From a virus, in IMG/VR virus record IMGVR_UViG_3300035703_000033, positions 1-64,000 of that record: a DNA stretch of 64,000 bases; one strand, given 5' to 3'. The position numbers were made by a program, and so were the translations under genes. The notes beneath the pieces were generated by a model. The model saw only the letters and a program-made list of their open reading frames with translations. It did not search any database and was not told the DNA's origin. This document shows, one piece after another, positions 8,524-17,728 of the stretch (positions are counted from its first letter, which is position 1; the number at the start of each line of letters is the position of its first letter).

Positions 8524-9761
8524 TGAATATTCAAAAACAATTAAAGTCAGAAGATCCAAGCTTTTTACTTGATTTAAGAAATCAGTATGGCAATGCATTT
8601 TGGCTAGATTCTTATTTTTTTGCTTTTGATCCTCAATATGTTAATGAAGTTTATGTTAAGCAATACCCTAATTTCATAAAAGCTGGTGGATGGCATAAAA
8701 TAAGAAAGGGTCTTGGAAATGGCCTACTTGTAAACGAAGAACCAGAACACCTCGTACATAGAAGAATATTAAATCCAGCCTTTCATATAAAAAAAATAGA
8801 ATCTCATTTATATAAAATGCATAAAATTATAAATGAAGAAATATCTGCGCTCTCGCAAAAAGATAGTTTTGACTTATCTACATACTTTTTTGACTTAAGC
8901 TATAAAATATTAACAAATACTATTTTTGATGACGAAGAACTGAGCAAGTCAAAAAAACTTCAAGATGTTTTTTATTCAGTAATGAAAAAAGTTGGTAATG
9001 GTGAAGAGAATGAACCAGGATCTCTAGATGAAGACAGAGAGTATTTATACGATTTTATATCACGTGTTATTAAAAAAAGACTAGATAACGATGAATCTCA
9101 CGAAGACTTTTTGGATTTACTTATAGAGGCATCTGTAAGTAATAACTTATCATTAAAAGATATTACAGACGAAGTTTTAAGTATGATGTTAGCTGGTCAT
9201 GAAACTACCGCAAATACTGTTATTTGGGCTATATCAAATTCTTATAATAATCAATCAATAGTAAAAAAAATAAAAGATGAATCTGATATTTTTGTAAACA
9301 AAATAAATAAAGAAAACATATTAAATATTTGCAAAGAATTAAATTATTCAAAAAATGTAATATCAGAATCTTTAAGGCTTTATCCTCCAGTTTGGTTTAG
9401 CCCAAGACAGGCCCTTGAAGACTGCGTAATTGTTAATACAAAAATACCTAAAGATACCAAAATAATTATAAGCTCGTATGTTTCGCATAGAGATGCCAAT
9501 TATTTTGAAGATCCAAATACATTTATCCCCGAAAGGTGGGATGGTGGATTAGAAGAAAGTCTTCCATCAGGAGTATATTTTCCATTTCATATTGGTCCAA
9601 GAACATGTATAGGATATAGATTTGGGTTTTTGCAGGCTCAGATCACAGTACTAGAATTTTTTAATAAAATAAAAGTAGATTTAGTAGATGGTTTTCCAAA
9701 AACCCTGATACTGGCAACATTAAGACCTCAAAGTAAAATCATAGCTAATATAATTAAGTAA
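8523..9761 (+). CDS. cytochrome P450
   Basis: I-helix AGHETT, K-helix ESLR, PERW, heme-binding FHIGPRTCIG. Confidence 0.95.
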   Translation: MNIQKQLKSEDPSFLLDLRNQYGNAFWLDSYFFAFDPQYVNEVYVKQYPNFIKAGGWHKIRKGLGNGLLVNEEPEHLVHRRILNPAFHIKKIESHLYKMHKIINEEISALSQKDSFDLSTYFFDLSYKILTNTIFDDEELSKSKKLQDVFYSVMKKVGNGEENEPGSLDEDREYLYDFISRVIKKRLDNDESHEDFLDLLIEASVSNNLSLKDITDEVLSMMLAGHETTANTVIWAISNSYNNQSIVKKIKDESDIFVNKINKENILNICKELNYSKNVISESLRLYPPVWFSPRQALEDCVIVNTKIPKDTKIIISSYVSHRDANYFEDPNTFIPERWDGGLEESLPSGVYFPFHIGPRTCIGYRFGFLQAQITVLEFFNKIKVDLVDGFPKTLILATLRPQSKIIANIIK

Positions 9762-9799
9762 CCATTGACAAATTCTAATGTTTTTTGTATGATTAGTAA

Positions 9800-10204
9800 A
9801 TGACAGATAGAGAAGATATTTTCATACCAGAACATAAGACAAATATTTTGCCGTTTAGATGGTTTATTAACGGTGTCGTACATAGATTATCTTATTGGTT
9901 TTTTATGCGTGGACTTAAAATTAATTATAAATATGAAGATATTTGGGACAAAGCTCCCGCATTCAAGCCACCATTTTTAGATAATATTAAATTAAAGTTA
10001 TATTTTAAAATTTATCATTATTTAGATAAACCATATATGAGATGGGGAACAACTTACGTAATGTCCACAGAATTTCAGTCTCTAGTTAATATGGAGGGGG
10101 CTGAGTGGAGCGATTATGACGAAGATGGAGTACCGTACTGGGATTTATACTGGCACGAAGATCCAGTAACTGGGGATGCTTGGAGATTAATCAAGAATGG
10201 CTAA
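9800..10204 (+). CDS. hypothetical protein
   Basis: Leaderless after TTGACA-N17-TATGAT-like promoter. Confidence 0.75.
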   Translation: MTDREDIFIPEHKTNILPFRWFINGVVHRLSYWFFMRGLKINYKYEDIWDKAPAFKPPFLDNIKLKLYFKIYHYLDKPYMRWGTTYVMSTEFQSLVNMEGAEWSDYDEDGVPYWDLYWHEDPVTGDAWRLIKNG

Positions 10205-10610
10205 TTTAGAATTAGGACAAATGGTACTAAGTGGCAATGATTGGCATCAGTATGACGCTGATTGGGCTACAGATGGTCTTAATATGATCGCAGAGGTCAT
10301 TTCAGAGCTTCGTGGTAAAGAGCATGGTAGATATGGTTGGGATGCCTTGCTAACCTCAAATTCAGGCGCAGAAGAATATGTAAATGATGTGTTTGAGATG
10401 CGCTGCTACTGCTGGTGCGACGTTGCGTGGGAAGAAAACCCAGATCATCCGCATGCAAATGGATGTCCTCCAAACTTTTTATATAAGCCAACTGAGATGT
10501 TAGTAACTTGGTACAAGCATGCTAATCGTGGGATTACTTCGAATAAAAAATATCCAGGGGCAAGAACTTGGTTTGAGATAATTAAGCATTGTATTGGAAG
10601 TATAGAATGA
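10197..10610 (+). CDS. hypothetical protein
   Basis: Overlapping ORF; PNFLYK...WYKH motif. Confidence 0.75.
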   Translation: MANLELGQMVLSGNDWHQYDADWATDGLNMIAEVISELRGKEHGRYGWDALLTSNSGAEEYVNDVFEMRCYCWCDVAWEENPDHPHANGCPPNFLYKPTEMLVTWYKHANRGITSNKKYPGARTWFEIIKHCIGSIE

Positions 10611-10828
10611 ATGAAGAGTTAATTATTAAAATAACTAAAGCTAAGTACAATGGAGAATTTTCACATTGGGAAGTTGATGTTAATTCAGATACGGCTGATG
10701 TGCTTTTAGCAGGCACTGCCCCAACAATTTGGGGAGTATTAGATATGGCTACAGAATATATCTGTGAGTCAGCAGAACATGAAGAATGGTTAAAAGATGA
10801 CGCAAATAAGCCCAATTATAATATTTAA
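10607..10828 (+). CDS. hypothetical protein
   Basis: ATGA overlap with previous gene. Confidence 0.65.
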   Translation: MNEELIIKITKAKYNGEFSHWEVDVNSDTADVLLAGTAPTIWGVLDMATEYICESAEHEEWLKDDANKPNYNI

Positions 10829-11027
10829 TCCAGAAGGATTAACGCAAGAACAAGTTAATCTAATTAAGCAAGCATTAGATGATGCTTATCGTGCAGGATA
10901 TGAAACGGCTAAAGAGTTCTATCAGTTTAAGCTTAATACAACTACTACGACTAGCCCATCAACACAATGGACTGGCACATATCCGCCTTATACAATCAAT
11001 AACTGCTCATGCAGCAACGATAAGTAA
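10797..11027 (+). CDS. hypothetical protein
   Basis: ORF in tightly packed operon. Confidence 0.65.
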   Translation: MTQISPIIIFNPEGLTQEQVNLIKQALDDAYRAGYETAKEFYQFKLNTTTTTSPSTQWTGTYPPYTINNCSCSNDK

Positions 11028-11242
11028 TGCCAATCCATATACCTATTTACGTCAACGACAAGTTAATTAAAACATATCATATTGGGCGGCTAAAGGGTGA
11101 TACAAATCCTGATTCAATCAATGATTATTTAATTGTAGAAGATGATCAATTATGGACGGTAGGCAAACCATTTACTCATAGATATGGAGATGGCATTGAT
11201 ACTTGTGTAATCAAGGGTATAAATGCTATGATGGAAGAATGA
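11027..11242 (+). CDS. hypothetical protein
   Basis: TAATG coupling; FTHRYGDG motif. Confidence 0.7.
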   Translation: MPIHIPIYVNDKLIKTYHIGRLKGDTNPDSINDYLIVEDDQLWTVGKPFTHRYGDGIDTCVIKGINAMMEE

Positions 11243-11463
11243 TGGAAGATATTAAAACTCAGGCGGGTAAAGAGATGTTTAAATACTTTAATGATAACTA
11301 TGGATCAGCTATCTGGGGCCCTGCTTTAAAAGGCATACAGGCCATAGAGGAAGAAATTATAACTAGATTAGTTCAAGCGTGGCAGAAGACAGACAACCCA
11401 GATCATTTAACATATGCAGACGGTTTAGCAGATGCAGTATCTATTGCAAGGGGAGATAAATGA
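11239..11463 (+). CDS. hypothetical protein
   Basis: ATGA overlap. Confidence 0.65.
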   Translation: MMEDIKTQAGKEMFKYFNDNYGSAIWGPALKGIQAIEEEIITRLVQAWQKTDNPDHLTYADGLADAVSIARGDK

Positions 11464-11828
11464 CATACGAATATTATTATCCACCTATGGGTTATGATGA
11501 GATAGTTGCTACTCAGGGTGAAGTTATTGGACAATGGGTTATGGGAACATGGCAAGGTGATTATATATACTTGCTAAAAAATAAAGACAAATATTCTTTT
11601 TTTGTTATTGGCTACGGGTCATGTTCTGGATGCGATGCATTAGAGAGCTGTGAAAATGATGAAGAGTTTAACGAACTAAAACAAGATATTATTAATAGAA
11701 TTGCTTGGGGAACTAAGCAAGAAATTGTTGATCATATTAATAACGAGGAAGCAAATCGTTGGTATTTCCATGAAGATGGGTGGGAAGAAATTCAAAAAGA
11801 AGCATTGGATCTTTTAAATGGAAACTGA
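11460..11828 (+). CDS. hypothetical protein (YGSCSGCD motif)
   Basis: WQGD...GYGSCSGCDALE. Confidence 0.75.
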   Translation: MTYEYYYPPMGYDEIVATQGEVIGQWVMGTWQGDYIYLLKNKDKYSFFVIGYGSCSGCDALESCENDEEFNELKQDIINRIAWGTKQEIVDHINNEEANRWYFHEDGWEEIQKEALDLLNGN

Positions 11829-11982
11829 ATTAAGTAACCATTGTTGGCATTGGTCAAGACTTTCATATGTATTACCAACGCCCATGGAAGAATGCTGTAA
11901 TTGTGACAAGGTTATAAAAGAAGTAGATAGATGGAATGGAACTGATAATGGTAAATGCGAATGGGAGATTGATGAATGGTAG
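11818..11982 (+). CDS. small Cys/Trp-rich protein (54 aa, not in track)
   Basis: HCWH...CCNC; overlaps previous stop. Confidence 0.5.
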   Translation: METELSNHCWHWSRLSYVLPTPMEECCNCDKVIKEVDRWNGTDNGKCEWEIDEW

Positions 11983-12118
11983 CAATTAATGGCCCTATGC
12001 AGGGTAAGTATTATCATACTTCAGACATTACTCATACAGTTATTGATCATGTAAGAGATAACTTTAATATATTTGAGCTTAGATACTATCGCACCAAAAA
12101 TGGCTGGGCGTTTCATTC

Positions 12119-12397
12119 ATGGAAGAGAATGTATTAATGAAGAAGATGAAAGAGCCACCAATAGGCTCAATTGTTGTTGATATGGGCGGAAGCGCATGGC
12201 AAAGACATCCTGTTGGGTGGGCAGTTGCAGGAAGCGATATGTCGTGGTCATATACTTGGAATCAGCTATTAAAAGAACTTTATCGTCCTATGGACTATCC
12301 AACTCAAGAGTGGGCACCAGTATTGAATGATCCTAGATTACCTATGATTGTATATGTACCACATGAGGAATTAATTACAGGAGAAGAAGATGATTAA
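12119..12397 (+). CDS. hypothetical protein
   Basis: EPPIGSIVVD..G.AWQR motif. Confidence 0.7.
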   Translation: MEENVLMKKMKEPPIGSIVVDMGGSAWQRHPVGWAVAGSDMSWSYTWNQLLKELYRPMDYPTQEWAPVLNDPRLPMIVYVPHEELITGEEDD

Positions 12398-12569
12398 ATC
12401 ATTTATTATGGGTGCAGTACCACTTGCGTTATTTGTTTACTTAATGATGTATCATCCTTATGTAATTATAGTGATAGCCATAGCAGGGGCCTTTGCTATG
12501 GTATCTTGGATGGTTGGTACTACATATAGAGAAGAGTTTGGAGATTTGCGTGACAAAGAAGAATATTGA
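12390..12569 (+). CDS. small membrane protein (59 aa, not in track)
   Basis: AGGAG RBS; two hydrophobic segments. Confidence 0.6.
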   Translation: MIKSFIMGAVPLALFVYLMMYHPYVIIVIAIAGAFAMVSWMVGTTYREEFGDLRDKEEY

Positions 12570-12822
12570 GCAGCGCCCAGCTTATATTATCAAGGTGCAT
12601 CGTGACTGGAAGTACGGTCCAAGAGCTAGATTCTGGGATATTCTAAAGTGGTATGAAGGAAAAGATGGAAGCGGATACTGGTCTACAGCATGCAAAGGCG
12701 GGCTGGCATATACAGAGTTTGGTATGTGGCGGGCTATCAATAAACGTCTAAAGAAGATGCAATTCGGATATCAAACTAATTACTTTAGTTTAGATAAAAC
12801 TCCCATAAAGGAGCCTAAATAA
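12550..12822 (+). CDS. hypothetical protein
   Basis: Probable GTG start after GGAG. Confidence 0.6.
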   Translation: MTKKNIEQRPAYIIKVHRDWKYGPRARFWDILKWYEGKDGSGYWSTACKGGLAYTEFGMWRAINKRLKKMQFGYQTNYFSLDKTPIKEPK

Positions 12823-13109
12823 TGTGGTCATGGATATTAGCAGCAATTGGAGTTACAGGCATATTCTTTGTTGGTCGGAAGACCATATGGGGATGGCTTA
12901 TATTATTATTAAATGAATGTATCTGGATAGCCTATGCATTGGCTACAGATCAGTATGGGTTTATTGTCATGGCTACAGCCTATGCAGCAGTTTATATTAA
13001 ATCATACATAGCGTGGAAGAAAGAAGAGAAAGAAGTATCTGTCTCACAATATGAGATTAATACTCATGGTCAAATAGATCATAGATATATCAATATTGGT
13101 CGCAATTAG
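12822..13109 (+). CDS. PnuC-like small membrane protein
   Basis: WSWILAAIGVTG...KTIWGW...NECIWIAYA...QYGF, three TM helices. Confidence 0.7.
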   Translation: MWSWILAAIGVTGIFFVGRKTIWGWLILLLNECIWIAYALATDQYGFIVMATAYAAVYIKSYIAWKKEEKEVSVSQYEINTHGQIDHRYINIGRN

Positions 13110-13396
13110 TGCAGCGCAAAAGTAGAAGTAGATTTCTCACAATAACAAAGCCGTATAGAGACCAATTCAAGCGGTCTCCGCTTTGGGTCAAGGTTGTGGC
13201 GGTTATGTGTATGTCTTACATAGCTATTCCAATTGATCTTTTTGATATCCTGTTTCCCTGGATGGCATATTCAGATGACTTATTCTTGGCAGGAATCTTG
13301 CTTAAACTATTACATAAATATGGTGGATTACCAGATGAAGATAGAATAACTCCAGTAGAACTAATTAGACAAATATTTGGTAAAGATAAACATTGA
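13109..13396 (+). CDS. YkvA/DUF1232-like membrane protein
   Basis: YIAIPIDLFD..FPW.AYSDD matches Y..SPIDLIPD..P..G..DD pattern. Confidence 0.75.
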   Translation: MQRKSRSRFLTITKPYRDQFKRSPLWVKVVAVMCMSYIAIPIDLFDILFPWMAYSDDLFLAGILLKLLHKYGGLPDEDRITPVELIRQIFGKDKH

Positions 13397-13464
13397 CAAA
13401 AATTATTCTTATTTATAGAATATTGTATAAATAATCGGCGGAAAGTGAAGCGGAAAAGTAGAAG

Positions 13465-13989
13465 ATGATTTGGGAATATGGGCTCACAGCCCAAGAAGAG
13501 GCCATTTGCGTCAAAGTAGGATATCAGCGTCAAGAGCCATATTTTGGCGATCCTAGCAAAAATATAAATTATGCAGAAGGCGATCTCTGGGAAATGTGGC
13601 AACACGCCATATGTGCAGGATCTGAGCTAGCCTTTGCCCGAATGATGGGTAAGAAGGACTTTATTCCTCATGTCAACAAATGGAAGACTGAATTGGATAT
13701 TCCAGGGGTGGGTGAGATAAGGTACTCATTTAATCCTAATGGAGGCATGCGCTTTACAACTAGAGATAATCCTGATCTCAAATATGTCCTAATGATAGAT
13801 GGCATGGCCATCAGAAATCGGACGGGGAAGAACCAGGAGAGAAGAAGTACTCCCTATAAAGCTATAGGATGGCTATATGGATATGAATGTATGAAAGATG
13901 AATATCTATCCCAATATAACAATAAGACATGGATTGTTCCACAGAATAAATTAAAAGCTATGCCTAGCCATATTAAACCAGTTGACTAA
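13465..13989 (+). CDS. hypothetical phage protein
   Basis: 174-aa ORF; ELAFA...D...EIR pattern weakly suggests a PD-(D/E)XK-like fold. Confidence 0.75.
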   Translation: MIWEYGLTAQEEAICVKVGYQRQEPYFGDPSKNINYAEGDLWEMWQHAICAGSELAFARMMGKKDFIPHVNKWKTELDIPGVGEIRYSFNPNGGMRFTTRDNPDLKYVLMIDGMAIRNRTGKNQERRSTPYKAIGWLYGYECMKDEYLSQYNNKTWIVPQNKLKAMPSHIKPVD

Positions 13990-14011
13990 AATATTATAGT
14001 ATAATAATCCT

Positions 14012-14248
14012 ATGGGCATATTAGATAATCTAGAAGCGTATATAGATTTTGATCAAATAGAGAATGCATGGCGGGGTGGACCAAAATGCTATTACTGTAA
14101 CAATAGAGCCATACATATAAAGAGCTATACAGATAGCGTAGATGGAATATCCTATGAATATGAGCATTGCCAAGAGCATGCAGATATAGATGATCATTCT
14201 CAAGAAGCTCTCGATCTCTGGAAATTACATAACAAAGACCAAGAATAA
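14012..14248 (+). CDS. small Cys/His protein
   Basis: Leaderless; CYYC...CQEH. Confidence 0.65.
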   Translation: MGILDNLEAYIDFDQIENAWRGGPKCYYCNNRAIHIKSYTDSVDGISYEYEHCQEHADIDDHSQEALDLWKLHNKDQE

Positions 14249-14249
14249 G

Positions 14250-14795
14250 CTGTAGAAATTTACAGCATTTGGTCCTATCTCCTATATCCCCCTCCCAATT
14301 ATCTCCTCTCTAAGAGCCTCTAGAAGGCTTTTAATGTGGAGTAAAGTGGAGCATTGTGGAGAATATGACTATTAATTCATGTCCAAATACTATTATTATA
14401 TTAGAATAAAGATATATGAGTAATTGAACACCATCTCACAATATGGACGTAATGTCAATTTGAGAAAATTTGCAGCATATTCATCCAATTTTGTCAATAG
14501 TGGCATATTCAGGCAATTTTGTCAAGCCTTCGTAATAGAAAAATTTGGCCCATTTCGCCAAAAATTCTGATCAAATTCTGACAGATATTATATCTATTTT
14601 ATTATATTGTTATAACATTTTGTTATATTCTATATTCATTTTGTCTTATTTTGATCAAAATTTCAGGGACATTTTATAAGCTGTCGTAAACGAATTATTT
14701 GGCCCATAATTTGAACATAGAAAAAGGACCTATATATCCAAAATGTACATTATGTACAAATCGGACATATAGGTCCAGGGGAATTACTTTAACCT
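14250..14795. other. repeat-rich non-coding region between convergent gene blocks
   Basis: No ORF; GTGGAG x3, 28-bp direct repeat, AT-rich core. Confidence 0.6.
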
Positions 14796-14798
14796 ATT

Positions 14799-15050
14799 TT
14801 ACTTTGGTGCTTTATCTAACATCTTCTTTAGGTTATATGCTAGGATAAGTCCTTTACTTGTTGAGTCTTGGGAGTTTTCTACTTCCCGCCGCTCATCAAC
14901 TGATTTGATGATATAACTAACTAGTTCCATTACCTTATCAACTGTATAGATTGGTTGATTAGATAACTGCCGTGCCAATACTGCTGGATTGAAGAAATGG
15001 TCTTCCATAGCATTAGCAATGGTGTCTGCTAATTTGATTTCTTTACTCAT
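14799..15050 (-). CDS. hypothetical protein
   Basis: AAAGGCGG RBS; promoter at 15075-15104. Confidence 0.7.
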   Translation of the reverse strand: MSKEIKLADTIANAMEDHFFNPAVLARQLSNQPIYTVDKVMELVSYIIKSVDERREVENSQDSTSKGLILAYNLKKMLDKAPK

Positions 15051-15125
15051 TGTCCGCCTTTCTTAGAACCGTCGATTATATCAGAAGGGGCTGGATTTTG
15101 TCCAGCCCCTCCAATGCTTGCTGGA

Positions 15126-15272
15126 TTACTTGCTTGTTGCTGGCTTCTCTGCAGAGAACTTGATCCCCTGTTTCTCAGCTTCAGCTAGAGCTACCTTTGC
15201 AGCTCCTGAGAAACGGCCACGGCGGCCAACAGTAATGCCCTTGCTTGCTAGATATTCACGCTTTGTTGTCAT
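15126..15272 (-). CDS. Lsr2-like DNA-binding domain protein (48 aa, not in track)
   Basis: MTTKREYLASKGITVGRRGRFSGAAKVAL resembles the Lsr2 C-terminal RGR AT-hook domain; GAAAGGAG RBS. Confidence 0.75.
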   Translation of the reverse strand: MTTKREYLASKGITVGRRGRFSGAAKVALAEAEKQGIKFSAEKPATSK

Positions 15273-15398
15273 TTGATAATCTCCTTTCAAGAGATGAGTT
15301 GTTATTTATATTATATAGGATATTCACGAATTTGTAAATACCCCCGTAAGTATTTTTTTTTGCTCTTATTTCCTTTATTTAGTTATGTTTAATTAGTT

Positions 15399-15569
15399 TT
15401 AATTAACTAATTCGTAGTCATATGGTTCAATTGAGTTATCGAGCTCCAATTGGATCCATTCTGTTCTATCTGCAGAATCAGCCTTTTCATAGGCCTCCTG
15501 CAAGCTTTCTGCCTCCACCTCCAAGTAGTACTTGTCTACGAGGTCCCCATATATCTTAAACTTCGTCAT
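15399..15569 (-). CDS. small hypothetical protein (56 aa, not in track)
   Basis: GAGGAGG RBS; EVEAESLQEAYEKA motif. Confidence 0.65.
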   Translation of the reverse strand: MTKFKIYGDLVDKYYLEVEAESLQEAYEKADSADRTEWIQLELDNSIEPYDYELVN

Positions 15570-15918
15570 CTTCTTCCTCCTCTATGTTGACCAGGAATTC
15601 ACAATCAATCATCCAGTCACGGATGGCCTCATGGAGGTCCTCTGTGCCGTACTCTAATGTGAATCCATTCTTGTCTGCATCTTCCCAGAACTTATCCCAG
15701 ATTTGTTTTAATGTTGTGCCCTGTGGGATTACATCATAGTCGTTCATAGCAGAATCGTCAAACTGATGATTGTCGTAGATATCTCTTACGATGTCCCAAG
15801 ACCATACCCACACCAATGACGGGAATACAGATAGATTAGATAAACTATCTATAACCTTATTAATCTCTTCATAGTTACGGTCCCTACGTGTTTGTTCAAT
15901 TAGATCTAATTCAGCCAC
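15556..15918 (-). CDS. acidic hypothetical protein
   Basis: 120-aa ORF, overlapping neighbours. Confidence 0.7.
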   Translation of the reverse strand: MAELDLIEQTRRDRNYEEINKVIDSLSNLSVFPSLVWVWSWDIVRDIYDNHQFDDSAMNDYDVIPQGTTLKQIWDKFWEDADKNGFTLEYGTEDLHEAIRDWMIDCEFLVNIEEEEDDEV

Positions 15919-16189
15919 GTGCTTTGGTCCTTTCCTCGATTGCGAATGCTAATGCATATGTCATTGCGTAGATGTCTCCTAGGGCGTCACATTGACCTTC
16001 CCAGTACTTCCGCTCCATGGACTCCATGGCGTCGGAATAGTCGTTCTCTTCCTCCACACGCTGTGCTTCCTCCAGTTGCCGCTCTGCTTCAAACAGCATG
16101 TTCTTTAAGTGCCCATGCAAGATGTCTGTGCCAGGCAGGCCAGCGTCTACCTGCTTCTGCAGATATGGTTCTAGTTCTAGAGTATTCAT
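15911..16189 (-). CDS. hypothetical protein
   Basis: AACGAAGGAGG RBS; own promoter 16211-16232. Confidence 0.75.
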   Translation of the reverse strand: MNTLELEPYLQKQVDAGLPGTDILHGHLKNMLFEAERQLEEAQRVEEENDYSDAMESMERKYWEGQCDALGDIYAMTYALAFAIEERTKARG

Positions 16190-16407
16190 TATGCCTCCTT
16201 CGTTTCGACGAGTATATCATTGGCCACTGACAAAAGGTGGCGGGTAGCAGTAGACTGTCCTGATACATAGTTATATTCATAATCTAATTCTTTACAAGCT
16301 TTAGATTCAGGGTCAAGTTCTTCCATTTCCTGAGATATATTCTCTAGGTCCTGTTCTAAACTAATTAGATGTAATTTCATATATTCAATTAACTGGTTCA
16401 TCAACAT
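16189..16407 (-). CDS. hypothetical protein
   Basis: 72-aa ORF in operon. Confidence 0.65.
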   Translation of the reverse strand: MLMNQLIEYMKLHLISLEQDLENISQEMEELDPESKACKELDYEYNYVSGQSTATRHLLSVANDILVETKEA

Positions 16408-16552
16408 ATCCCTCCGCTAGTAGTCCCTCAAAAAAATTCCATATTTCTAATATGCCTTGTTTGGCCTCAGTATTACTTTCAGGAATATAATGCAATGCCC
16501 AATTCAGAGCACCACCAAACTCTTGTATATCCTGGTATGTATAACCTAACAT
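16385..16552 (-). CDS. hypothetical protein
   Basis: MLGYT...FFEGLLAEGY; GAGGAG RBS. Confidence 0.65.
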   Translation of the reverse strand: MLGYTYQDIQEFGGALNWALHYIPESNTEAKQGILEIWNFFEGLLAEGYVDEPVN

Positions 16553-16782
16553 TATTTCTCCTCGTCCCACTCTAGGTAATATTGGTCATTTGGATTTAAA
16601 TCATAAAACTGATTAAACCTACCTTTGATGTAATTATCATTTGACATTTCTGCAAATCTATAATCTGCATACATTTGACCTTCATCTAAATTAGACTGAA
16701 CCCAGTCTTCAACTAATTGTTCGCCAATCTCTTGATAGATTGCGTCGATAACCATTTGGTTTTCATTTTCTAAGAAACTCAT
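16552..16782 (-). CDS. hypothetical protein
   Basis: ATGA overlap with upstream gene. Confidence 0.65.
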   Translation of the reverse strand: MSFLENENQMVIDAIYQEIGEQLVEDWVQSNLDEGQMYADYRFAEMSNDNYIKGRFNQFYDLNPNDQYYLEWDEEK

Positions 16783-17558
16783 ACTTCCGCCTTTTCTGTA
16801 GATTCCAATAATACCATGTGGGTCTGACATTCTTTCATAGCCTCTTCATCTCGCCATGAACCCTCTTGGCATTCAGAGCAGAATTGACCACAGTCATTCT
16901 CACAATACTCAACACAATCATAAGATTGGCAAGCATAACAACGTGTTTCATATTCTAAGATTTCCTTAACATCACCACGAAGAATCTCTAGTTCTCCACC
17001 CCATCCTTGCTCCTCTTCATACTCTAATGTGAGCAGGCAGTTCGGAACTAGATTAGATAGTTTAGTTAGAATAGTTACAGCAGGAGACCATGCAGTCTCA
17101 TACTTATATACAAGCCAATGGTCATGACCTTCTGACTTATATTCAATTAGTTCTGTATTTGGATATTCATCTCCGTCACGGACGGCTACATCCCATTTGG
17201 TTCCCCAATTAGAATTATTCCATGAATACCAATCCTTCTGAGTTTTAGCAAACTCAACAGATTTGCGGAACCAATCAGGGTCTTTCATATCTACGCTATC
17301 ACGATTTGGTTGGCAGGCATACTCCTCATCAGTAATACCGTCATCCTTATATGAATGAATGTTGAAGAAAGCAAAGACAGGATTAGAATAAGTTACCTGT
17401 TGAATTTTGGTGGGGAAACCTGAAGATGAAATATCACCCATACCAAATGTCTCTTGTGCTAATGTAAATGGCTTATTCAGTCTATCTTTGATATAATCAA
17501 TTTCCTCTTTTGGACCTTGAATAGTCAAAGTGTTATATACCCAATTTGGCATTTGCAT
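16779..17558 (-). CDS. DUF1281/YubB-like protein with C-terminal Cys cluster
   Basis: MPNW..N.L.I.G, WYSWN..NWGTKW, YETAWSP. Confidence 0.8.
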   Translation of the reverse strand: MQMPNWVYNTLTIQGPKEEIDYIKDRLNKPFTLAQETFGMGDISSSGFPTKIQQVTYSNPVFAFFNIHSYKDDGITDEEYACQPNRDSVDMKDPDWFRKSVEFAKTQKDWYSWNNSNWGTKWDVAVRDGDEYPNTELIEYKSEGHDHWLVYKYETAWSPAVTILTKLSNLVPNCLLTLEYEEEQGWGGELEILRGDVKEILEYETRCYACQSYDCVEYCENDCGQFCSECQEGSWRDEEAMKECQTHMVLLESTEKAEV

Positions 17559-17728
17559 ATCCTTTCGTTGATATGGCTTAATTATATATCAGACCACTGA
17601 CAAATATCAATATCAAATTCGTGTGAATCACACCACATTGATCTAAAGCTGTCCCATTATATGGAATTTTCAGGAAATTTACTTGACATACGTAACAGAA
17701 ATATTGTACTCTCCGCTTTTGCGGGCAT

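Noticed and set aside
11477-11485. DnaA-box-like TTATCCACC
   Set aside because: Single mismatched copy inside a CDS; expected by chance.
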